Translations under genes and position numbers: made by a program | In this document: one piece after another, positions 9,031 through 16,895 of the stretch | Position numbering within the stretch: position 1 is the first letter of the stretch | How the letters are laid out: each line of letters begins with the position of its first letter | Notes under the pieces: model-generated | Told to the model about the DNA's origin: nothing | Seen by the model: only the letters and a program-made list of their open reading frames with translations | The model's database searches: none | Assembly (NCBI GenBank): GCA_950073265.1 | Contig: CATMPJ010000003.1 | Span: 1 to 63,057, forward strand | Source: an uncultured bacterium | GTDB lineage: Bacteria; Patescibacteriota; Minisyncoccia; Phycocordibacterales; UBA918 | DNA length: 63,057 nt | Direction: 5' to 3'

Positions 9031-10704
9031 CTACTTCACCTCAAAGTTGAACATCATGCCTGAGTGCAGGTGTTCAGCGATGTGACAGTGTGCCATCCAG
9101 TTTCCTGGGTTACTCATATCAACAAGAATATCTACAGTCTGACCCTTTGGAATCAACACCGTGTCTTTCCACTGCATATTTTCATTAAGCTCACCATCTT
9201 CAGCCAAGACAATAAATCGTTGGCCGTGGAAGTGAAGAGGATGCTGCATAGGATGCATACCTTTTTCATCATTATAGACACGAACTTTTACCAAATCACC
9301 TTGTTTGAATGACCAGTCAATTTTGTCATTCTTTGCCCCAGTATCTGTGTCCTCAATAACCCACTCAATATTTTCATCAGAGCTCATATTGTTCATCATG
9401 GCCATATCGTCCTCCCATTCAATACCGTCCTCGCCGTGTTCTTCAGACTCTTCCTCAGCGTCTGCGAGGTATGGTTCACAACCAGACATTTCAGGCATCA
9501 TCTTACAGTGTTCACGCATCATATCGTCATCAGCATTTCCGCCCATCATACCTATACCTGATCCACCACCGTTCATATCATTCATCATTCCGCTCATCAT
9601 TCCTTTCATTTCTATATCGAGACGAAGATTTTTGTCAGGTGTTTTAGATAATAACGATGCAACATCAGATCGAATATCAGTATAGTCAGCAACGTTAGAA
9701 CGCAAGGTCATGAATTCTGCTTTCTTATTTGTACCAGAAGCTTCTACGGTGACTGTACCAATAGTTTCTCCACGATGATCAATTACGTACGTTCCTGGTG
9801 TATCGTAATACAGCTCAATTACATATCGTTCAGCTGTTCCTATAGTCTGATGCTCGATTATCTCTTCTTTTTCAATTCGCCCCACATCTCCACCGACAAG
9901 CTTCATGAGTGCACCTTCAAACTCTAACTGGAAGGTTCGAGTGTTTGCAACGTTAGTGATATACGCCCGTGTTATTTCTCCTTGTTTAACGGTAAAGTTA
10001 TAGTCTTCTTTGTCATTAATGAGCAATGTGTCACCAAAGCGGCCCATGAGAGTGTTAGTCACTACTCCTTCGGTAAAGTCTCCGTCTTCAAGAATGTCAT
10101 CAACTATTAGATATTCTTCTTGATCAGCCTCATTCCAGTACCCATCTTCTTCTACAATCATGTTTCCGTAGAGACCCATTTCTTGCTGGTAGTCTTCACG
10201 TACGTGTGGGTGGTACCAAAATACGCCCGTATCAGGGAACTCAAGTTCATACGAGAAACTTTCTCCGACTGCAATGGCTGGAGTAATCGGTACTGCACCG
10301 TCCATCTGCCAATCTCCGCGTAAGCCGTGTGAGTGCAGTGATGTCTGCATGTCTATGTTGTTGATAAAGTTGACGGTCACTTTTGCACCCTTTTGTACCT
10401 TCAGTACTGGGCCAGGAATCTGACCGTTATACGCCAACCGCTTTACAGTTCGATTACCGACTTCTTGCTTCACAATTGAAGCAGTAAGATTAAATGTATC
10501 GCCATCATTGAGTTCAACCACTTGAGTTGGCTGTACTTCTGGTACATTCGCATCGTGCAAGATTGCTAAATTGTCTTCTTCAGGAATATTTTGTCCCATC
10601 ATCATGCCGTCCATGTTCATCCCCATCATGTTTGGAGTACTGGTATACCAAAACACCCCACCAATAAGGAGCAAGAACGCACCTATGCTTAATATGTATT
10701 TCAT
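9031..10704 (-). CDS. Multicopper oxidase (CopA/CueO-like) with Met-rich inserts
   Basis: Copper ligand motifs HSHG, HPLHFHGQ and HCHIAEHLHSGMM. Met/Gly-rich segments are present (MMSGMMNDMNGGGSGIGMMGG). It has an N-terminal signal/TM segment. Confidence 0.9.
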   Translation of the reverse strand: MKYILSIGAFLLLIGGVFWYTSTPNMMGMNMDGMMMGQNIPEEDNLAILHDANVPEVQPTQVVELNDGDTFNLTASIVKQEVGNRTVKRLAYNGQIPGPVLKVQKGAKVTVNFINNIDMQTSLHSHGLRGDWQMDGAVPITPAIAVGESFSYELEFPDTGVFWYHPHVREDYQQEMGLYGNMIVEEDGYWNEADQEEYLIVDDILEDGDFTEGVVTNTLMGRFGDTLLINDKEDYNFTVKQGEITRAYITNVANTRTFQLEFEGALMKLVGGDVGRIEKEEIIEHQTIGTAERYVIELYYDTPGTYVIDHRGETIGTVTVEASGTNKKAEFMTLRSNVADYTDIRSDVASLLSKTPDKNLRLDIEMKGMMSGMMNDMNGGGSGIGMMGGNADDDMMREHCKMMPEMSGCEPYLADAEEESEEHGEDGIEWEDDMAMMNNMSSDENIEWVIEDTDTGAKNDKIDWSFKQGDLVKVRVYNDEKGMHPMQHPLHFHGQRFIVLAEDGELNENMQWKDTVLIPKGQTVDILVDMSNPGNWMAHCHIAEHLHSGMMFNFEVK

Positions 10705-10706
10705 AT

Positions 10707-11369
10707 TTAGATAGTTAGATAAGGTGACATCTCTCCATCAGCTGATAGTTGATAAACTTCATACGGAGCTGTTTTTTTGCCTGGCATACCTGGGGTACCA
10801 ATTGGCATTCCCGGTAATCCAATGCCAGTAATGTCAGGTTGTTCAGCCAGTAGTTTCTCAATTGCTTCCAGTGGCACATGTCCTTCTACTACGTAGTCGC
10901 CAATAACTGACGTATGACAGCTTTCTCCACCCAGTGGAATGTTACGTGATTGTTTGATTGCGTTAAGGTCATTCGTTTCTTCAATCGTGACATCAAAGCC
11001 AGCTGCTTCGAGTGCCGCTGCGTGACCACTACAACAGCCGCAATTCGGACTCTTGTATAAAGTGACTGACTGACCTTCACCAAAGTTTGCGACCGCTAAG
11101 TCTGGTTCGTAGGTGAGGTTGTTTTGACCAAAGGAAACTAAACCTGTGACAGCAACCGCTACCAACGCTATTGCTGGTATCGTGATGAAGTTTTTTCTCT
11201 TGGTGACGAATCCATAGCTGAGCACACTTATAGCCAGAGCAGCTAAAAGTATGGCGACAACAGTCATCGGTTCTTGGTACCACGCCGTGGTGATATGTAG
11301 TTCTTCCTCGTGAGCGAGAATAATCGATGGTGCAAAAAGAATTGCACCAAGAAAGTATGTTTTTTGCAT
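10707..11369 (-). CDS. DUF411 (CopG-like) metal-binding protein
   Basis: CGCCSGH...ESCHTSVIGDYVVEGHVPLEAIEKLL...GLPGMPIGTPGMPG matches the DUF411 pattern. Confidence 0.8.
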   Translation of the reverse strand: MQKTYFLGAILFAPSIILAHEEELHITTAWYQEPMTVVAILLAALAISVLSYGFVTKRKNFITIPAIALVAVAVTGLVSFGQNNLTYEPDLAVANFGEGQSVTLYKSPNCGCCSGHAAALEAAGFDVTIEETNDLNAIKQSRNIPLGGESCHTSVIGDYVVEGHVPLEAIEKLLAEQPDITGIGLPGMPIGTPGMPGKKTAPYEVYQLSADGEMSPYLTI

Positions 11370-11425
11370 GTTTATTTACTTTTCTAAGCTACTAAATGAG
11401 CGATTTAAATCACAATATTCGGTAG

Positions 11426-11842
11426 CTAAAAAAGTTTTGGGTGAAGAATACCATTAGAAAATAGTTCCTGTAGTGGACGATATGAAAAGGAGTACGTCCG
11501 AGTACGAAATACATTGAGTTGGATGGGTATCAGTTTTCTTTTTACACCCAATAAAAAAGGTGCTGTTGAAACAACCAAAGCAATCGCACCCGCAGCTAAT
11601 ACAAGCGTGACGATGGTTGGAACGACTGAAACAAAAGCATCTTTCCACGCCCCAATATGGTCAGCGATATTCATCGGGCAAATCACTTCACCTCGTTCCA
11701 TAAACAGACAATCTGACATGCCACCAGCCATATCCATGCCTACAGACATATGGAACAAGCTAACGAACATGGCGCCGATAAAAACTGTGAGTACGCTAAT
11801 ACCGACTATTTTCTTAGCTGTTTGTTGTACAAATGTAAACAT
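11426..11842 (-). CDS. Small membrane protein with a Cys/His/Met motif; paralog of 23356..23808
   Basis: The two proteins share SLFHMS, a C-x(n)-ME.G.V.C.M....H...W block and a C-terminal RPLQELFS.GILHPK segment. Confidence 0.6.
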   Translation of the reverse strand: MFTFVQQTAKKIVGISVLTVFIGAMFVSLFHMSVGMDMAGGMSDCLFMERGEVICPMNIADHIGAWKDAFVSVVPTIVTLVLAAGAIALVVSTAPFLLGVKRKLIPIQLNVFRTRTYSFSYRPLQELFSNGILHPKLF

Positions 11843-11859
11843 ACGTTATGTCTGTTATT

Positions 11860-13857
11860 TTAACCTAAATCTATTCGTTTGAGGAGCATGGCATTGGCTA
11901 CTACAATCACCGTTGATAAACTCATCACAAACGCCCCGATTTCAGGCCGTAAGAAGAAGCCCCAGTACGCAAACACGCCAGCAGCAGCTGGAATAGCGAC
12001 AACGTTATACCCCAGCGCCCACACAAGATTTTGGATCATTTTGCTATACACTTTCTTGGCTAATGTAATCAGTCGAACAATGTCTTCGGGATTGTTACGG
12101 GTCAGCACAACATCACCAGCTTCAACTGCTACATCAGTTCCGGCACCAATGGCAATTCCTGCATTGGCCTGAGTCAGTGCTGGTGCATCATTCACCCCAT
12201 CACCCACCATTAAGACCACTGAGCCATCATTTTGCAATTCCTTAATGTGTTCGTATTTATCTTCTGGCAACACTTCGGCAAAGTAGGTATCAATACCAAG
12301 TTCTTCGGCTACACTTTTAGCTACTTGGATATTGTCTCCTGTTAACATCGCTACTTTCACACCCATTACATGCAACCGGTTAACTGCTTCAAATGACTCT
12401 GGTTTGATGGCATCAGACAGAGCGACTAGACCAAGCACCTTAGTTCCGTCAGCTATCAAGATGGTCGTTTTGCCTTTCTTAGACAGAGTTTTATATTCGG
12501 CTTCAGCACCATCAAGATTGATGTTCATCTCAGACATGAGGGTCTTATTACCAACCACATACCTTTTTCCATCAAGTTCGGCAGTAATACCTTTCCCAGC
12601 TACATTCTTAAAGGCTGAAATATTAGAGAGTGCGACTTTAGAATCTTTAGCATGCTTCACAATAGACTCACCGATAATATGTGAAGAATGTTGTTCAAGC
12701 GAAGCGGCAATGTGTAAAATGTCTTCCTTAGAAAGACTGCCGGTCGCAACAATATCAGTTACCCCAAACTGACCAGTTGTAAGCGTGCCAGTCTTATCAA
12801 AAACCACGTAGTCAGCTTTCCGAATGACCTCAATCTTCGCTAGGTTCTTGATGAAGAAACCATTTTTCACTGCTAGTGATGTCGTGATGGTGGTCACAGT
12901 TGGAATAGCCAAACCCAGTGCGTGCGGACAAGCAATTACCAATACCGTAATAGCGAGAGTAACCGCAAACACAAACGTCTCGCCTAGCAAGAATGTCCAA
13001 ACCAAAATAGTTAACAGCGCAGTAATACCAGCCACAAATGTAAGTACGGCAGCTGCTTTGTCGGCAATTCGTTGCGAGTTTGGTTTGGTCTGTTGAGCCT
13101 GGGCGATTAAGGTTTGAATTTGTCCAATGGTAGAGTGTTCACCAACTCGGGTAAGTGTAATGGTGAGTGATCCATCAAGACAGATAGCACCAGCGACTAC
13201 TTCCGCACCGACGGTTTTTTCAACTGGCTTTGATTCACCGCTAATCAGGGCTTCGTCTATATTGGCAGAACCTTCTTGTATCAAACCATCAGCTGGAATC
13301 TTCTCACCTGGTTTCACTAAAACAATATCGCCTTTAACCAACTCTGCAATGTTTACGTCAACTTCTTGTCCGTCAACCAGTTTGTGTGCCTGTTTTGGTA
13401 AAAGCTTAGCAACTTCAGCAAGGGCATCACCAGCTGCTGCTCCAGACTTTGCTTCAAGGTAATGCCCAAAGAGAAGCACCCAAATCAAAGTTGAAATTTC
13501 CAAGTAGAAATCTGCTTCGAGACTCGGAATAAATGTAGCAGCTACCGAAAAGAGATATCCTGAGGCAACCGCGATTGAAACCAACGTCATCATGCCATAC
13601 GCCCTGGCTTTTATTTCATGCCACGCATGCTGGAAAAAGATAAGCGAGAAACCAAAAATAATTGTAGCTATACCAAAACCGATCCACTTGCTCAGAATGA
13701 ATGAGTCCAAACCGATAGCCTCCATTATCATTTCGTTAGCAAAGACTAACGGAATGAGCAGAAAGGTAACGATCCAAAACCGCTTTAAAAAAGTACCAGC
13801 TGAGCCGTGACCCATTCCAGAACTTCCGTGACTATGACAATCATGTGAGTGTTTCAT
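11860..13857 (-). CDS. copB: Copper-translocating P1B-type ATPase (CPH-type, CopB-like)
   Basis: His-rich N-terminus (HSHDCHSHGSSGMGHGS), TM motif ACPHALG, and the DKTGTLT, TGD and GDGVNDAP motifs. Confidence 0.9.
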   Translation of the reverse strand: MKHSHDCHSHGSSGMGHGSAGTFLKRFWIVTFLLIPLVFANEMIMEAIGLDSFILSKWIGFGIATIIFGFSLIFFQHAWHEIKARAYGMMTLVSIAVASGYLFSVAATFIPSLEADFYLEISTLIWVLLFGHYLEAKSGAAAGDALAEVAKLLPKQAHKLVDGQEVDVNIAELVKGDIVLVKPGEKIPADGLIQEGSANIDEALISGESKPVEKTVGAEVVAGAICLDGSLTITLTRVGEHSTIGQIQTLIAQAQQTKPNSQRIADKAAAVLTFVAGITALLTILVWTFLLGETFVFAVTLAITVLVIACPHALGLAIPTVTTITTSLAVKNGFFIKNLAKIEVIRKADYVVFDKTGTLTTGQFGVTDIVATGSLSKEDILHIAASLEQHSSHIIGESIVKHAKDSKVALSNISAFKNVAGKGITAELDGKRYVVGNKTLMSEMNINLDGAEAEYKTLSKKGKTTILIADGTKVLGLVALSDAIKPESFEAVNRLHVMGVKVAMLTGDNIQVAKSVAEELGIDTYFAEVLPEDKYEHIKELQNDGSVVLMVGDGVNDAPALTQANAGIAIGAGTDVAVEAGDVVLTRNNPEDIVRLITLAKKVYSKMIQNLVWALGYNVVAIPAAAGVFAYWGFFLRPEIGAFVMSLSTVIVVANAMLLKRIDLG

Positions 13858-13859
13858 AG

Positions 13860-14132
13860 CTATTTATTAAACTTAGCTAATTTATATACCGATAAAATTT
13901 CTTGAGTAGCTTTTTTATGTTGCCCCTTCTTCATCTGTTCAATCACGTGAGTTGAAAGATGATTTTCCATCATTAAATCTTCAACTGATCCTAGAGAATG
14001 ACGAACAGCAGAGGACTGGGTAATAACATCAACACAATACTTCTCTTCCTCAACCATTTTTTGTAACCCACGAACCTGACCTTCAATGATCTTAAGTCTT
14101 TTGATGACTTTTTTCTTAATGTCCTGTTTCAT
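13860..14132 (-). CDS. csoR: CsoR/RcnR-family metal-sensing repressor
   Basis: 90 aa with the DUF156 pattern (IEGQVRGLQKMVEEEKYCVDVITQ...ENHLSTHV). First gene of the ATPase operon. Confidence 0.85.
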   Translation of the reverse strand: MKQDIKKKVIKRLKIIEGQVRGLQKMVEEEKYCVDVITQSSAVRHSLGSVEDLMMENHLSTHVIEQMKKGQHKKATQEILSVYKLAKFNK

Positions 14133-14138
14133 ATTTCA

Positions 14139-14167
14139 ATGATACCCCCAGGGGGTCTCTTAGTCAA
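14139..14167 (-). promoter_or_regulatory. csoR operon promoter with a G/C-tract palindromic operator in the spacer
   Basis: On the minus strand: TTGACT (14162-14167), a 17-nt spacer, then TATCAT (14139-14144), then 6 nt, then ATG. The spacer contains ACCCCC-A-GGGGGT (14144-14156), which is the shape of a CsoR-type operator. Confidence 0.55.
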
Positions 14168-14253
14168 TCGCGTTTCAAATTTACATATAACAAATTATTG
14201 CCTGTGTTGATATTTTATCTTGCTTTTAAAGCGAATAAGAGTATAGTTCGTAC

Positions 14254-14688
14254 ATGCGAACACCTTCGGGTACTCCTCCGTCGATATCATCGACCAAAGA
14301 AGACTATATTAGAGCGATATATATTATCCAAAAAGCAACGGGTGAAGCTGGGGTGACAAATATTGCTGAACGTCTCAAGCTCAGTAAATCAACTGTTTCA
14401 GAACGAGTGAAAGAATTAGTTAGAGATGGTTTTGTTGTTGCTGAAATCTACGGTCAAATTACTTTGACAGCAAAAGGTTTGGGCGCGGCTCAGAAACTAA
14501 CTTATAAACACAGGATTATAGAAGTTTTCCTGCACGAAACTTTAAAAATTCCAAAAGACAAAATCCATGAAGAAGCTGAGAAGTTAGAACATGCATTCAG
14601 TGATGACGTAATAAAAAGACTGGCAAAATTTTTACACAATCCAGTGAATGACCCTCATGGATCGCCTATTCCAAAGTTTAAAGATTAA
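14254..14688 (+). CDS. mntR: DtxR/MntR-family metal-dependent regulator
   Basis: HTH plus dimerisation/metal-binding domain pattern (EDYIRAIY...LSKSTVSERVKELVRDG...HRIIEVFL). It sits directly upstream of mntH. Confidence 0.85.
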   Translation: MRTPSGTPPSISSTKEDYIRAIYIIQKATGEAGVTNIAERLKLSKSTVSERVKELVRDGFVVAEIYGQITLTAKGLGAAQKLTYKHRIIEVFLHETLKIPKDKIHEEAEKLEHAFSDDVIKRLAKFLHNPVNDPHGSPIPKFKD

Positions 14689-14741
14689 AACTATACAAAA
14701 CATTATTAAAAACCAATCGCAAAAAGCGATTTATTATACCT

Positions 14742-16103
14742 ATGACGCACACAAATTTATTTAAAGCCTTAGGCTGGAAAGGAGCCTCAAGAGAAGCGGG
14801 GGAAGATGAAAAGACACCGAGTTTACCTGAAGTACACCGCTCAATTCCTATTCCACCTAACCTATCCTTTTCTAAAAAATTACTCTTATATTCTGGTCCA
14901 GGCTTTTTGGTAGCTGTTGGTTATATGGACCCAGGAAACTGGGCCACTAGTATTGCTGGCGGTTCAAAGTTTGGCTACGCCTTACTTACCGTAGTACTAA
15001 TGTCTAGTATTTTTGCCATGATTCTACAGCACCTAGCCCTAAAGCTGGGTATTGTGACAGGTAGAGACTTAGCCCAGATGTGTAAGGATAAATTCCCCAA
15101 GCCGGTCGCTATCATTCTTTGGCTCATGGCTGAAGTGATGATTATTGCCACAGACTTAGCCGAGGTAATCGGTTCGGCCATTGCTCTTTACCTTCTGTTT
15201 AATATTCCGATTATAGTCGGTGTGATTATTACGGCAGTTGACGTTTTGGTTATTCTTCTCTTGCAGAATAAGGGTTTCCGTTACTTAGAAGCCCTTATTG
15301 TTACTTTGATGGCGACAATTGCTGGTATATTTGCCTTTCAAATTTTTGCTTCAGCTCCCGCCATCGCTCCGTTGCTAGTTGGGTTCCTTCCTACTGCTCA
15401 ATTAGTATTCAATCCTGAAATGCTTTACTTAGCGATTGGTATTATTGGAGCTACAGTAATGCCTCATAATCTCTACTTGCACTCATCTATCGTTCAGACT
15501 CGAATGTATGCTGAAACAAAAGAAGGTAAAAAGGAAGCAGTTAAGTTTGCTACTTTTGATTCAACTATCGCCCTTACTATCGCCTTGTTTGTTAATGCTT
15601 CAATTCTAATTCTAGCGGCTGCAGTATTCTTTACTAACGGCCTCAATGAAGTCGCGGCGATTGAGGATGCTTACAAACTCCTTTCGCCACTAGTTGGTAT
15701 TAGTGCAGCTAGTACTTTGTTTGCCATTGCTCTTTTGGCTGCAGGGCAAAACGCCACGATTACCGGTACGCTAGCTGGTCAGATAATCATGGAAGGATTC
15801 ATCAATCTACGAATCAAGCCTTGGATGCGAAGAATAATTACTCGTTTGCTAGCAATTATCCCTGCCGTAGTCTTTATTGGTCTTTATGGGGCTAATGCAG
15901 CTACAGATCTCTTGATATTAAGTCAGGTGGTTCTTAGTCTTCAACTATCCTTTGCCATCTTTCCCCTCATTGTGTTTACCGGCAGTAAAAAGATTATGGG
16001 TGAATTTGCAAACTCAACTATCCTCAGCATAATCGCTTGGATTATCTGTATCATCATTGCTGGACTAAATCTATGGTTATTGGGAGGAATATTCTTCGGA
16101 TAG
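14742..16103 (+). CDS. mntH: Nramp-family divalent metal (Mn2+) transporter
   Basis: GPGFLVAVGYMDPGNWATSIAGG and MPHNLYLHS motifs, about 11 TM helices. Confidence 0.9.
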   Translation: MTHTNLFKALGWKGASREAGEDEKTPSLPEVHRSIPIPPNLSFSKKLLLYSGPGFLVAVGYMDPGNWATSIAGGSKFGYALLTVVLMSSIFAMILQHLALKLGIVTGRDLAQMCKDKFPKPVAIILWLMAEVMIIATDLAEVIGSAIALYLLFNIPIIVGVIITAVDVLVILLLQNKGFRYLEALIVTLMATIAGIFAFQIFASAPAIAPLLVGFLPTAQLVFNPEMLYLAIGIIGATVMPHNLYLHSSIVQTRMYAETKEGKKEAVKFATFDSTIALTIALFVNASILILAAAVFFTNGLNEVAAIEDAYKLLSPLVGISAASTLFAIALLAAGQNATITGTLAGQIIMEGFINLRIKPWMRRIITRLLAIIPAVVFIGLYGANAATDLLILSQVVLSLQLSFAIFPLIVFTGSKKIMGEFANSTILSIIAWIICIIIAGLNLWLLGGIFFG

Positions 16104-16122
16104 AAAGACGCCCACAAAAAAC

Positions 16123-16596
16123 TTAATCTTTATAGGTTTCAGTAAGAGAACTGCGTAAAGTTAGATAGCATAAACTAACAATGGATGCTGCAATCACGAA
16201 ACTACCTAGCACATCAACAACGTGATGTACCCCAACCAGCACCCTTCCAAATCCAACCAAAGCTGCCATAATAAACAAAACTATTCCAGCTGATTTGTTA
16301 AACGTGAACACAATACTAGCGATAGCAAACACTAACAAAGCGTGATCTGAAGGGAATCCATTGTCAGCCGCGTGAGCCACCAATGGCATAAAATCGTGCT
16401 CAAGAAATGGTCGAGGGTTCTCAACTAACAAAGAGGCACTTCTGCTAACTATAAAAGTAAGAGGTAATGAGATTGTAGCTAATACAAGAATTCGCAGTCG
16501 TTGATAATCTGAAGCGAGCGCAACAAAAACTAGTGCAGTCAAAACTATAATGACGTGCAATTTGGTAGCTAAAAAAATGGAGACAATTTCTAGCAT
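16123..16596 (-). CDS. PAP2-family phosphatase (BcrC/undecaprenyl-diphosphatase-like)
   Basis: NPRP, PSDH and GRVLVGVHHVVD motifs. Polytopic membrane protein. Confidence 0.75.
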   Translation of the reverse strand: MLEIVSIFLATKLHVIIVLTALVFVALASDYQRLRILVLATISLPLTFIVSRSASLLVENPRPFLEHDFMPLVAHAADNGFPSDHALLVFAIASIVFTFNKSAGIVLFIMAALVGFGRVLVGVHHVVDVLGSFVIAASIVSLCYLTLRSSLTETYKD

Positions 16597-16602
16597 AGAT
16601 AA

Positions 16603-16893
16603 TTATGTTTCCCTTAGAGCCTCTAGACCGCCTTCCAGCCCATCAATGAGATACCCTCTTTCACATAACTCTCTTTCCACTACGCCAGCACGACCGCCCG
16701 TACGACAGAAAACAATTATCTGTACATCTTTTGGTAAATTTCCTTTAATGGCTTCGGTAAATACTTTGCCCATTGGTACGTTCTTAGCACCAGGAATTGT
16801 TTCCTCAATTAGCAGTTCTTCCGGCTCTCTAATATCGAGCAGGAGGATGCTATGGTCTGTTTCAATTATTTCCTTGAATGTTTCCTTTTTCAT
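16603..16893 (-). CDS. Rhodanese-domain protein
   Basis: Active-site loop VFCRTGGRAG. 96 aa, single domain. Confidence 0.8.
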   Translation of the reverse strand: MKKETFKEIIETDHSILLLDIREPEELLIEETIPGAKNVPMGKVFTEAIKGNLPKDVQIIVFCRTGGRAGVVERELCERGYLIDGLEGGLEALRET

Positions 16894-16895
16894 AA

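Noticed and set aside
14715-14731. AATCGC-AAAAA-GCGATT palindrome between mntR and mntH as an MntR operator
   Set aside because: It is only a 6-bp inverted repeat in AT-rich DNA and could equally be a weak mntR terminator. It does not resemble the DtxR/MntR boxes I remember. I left it unannotated.
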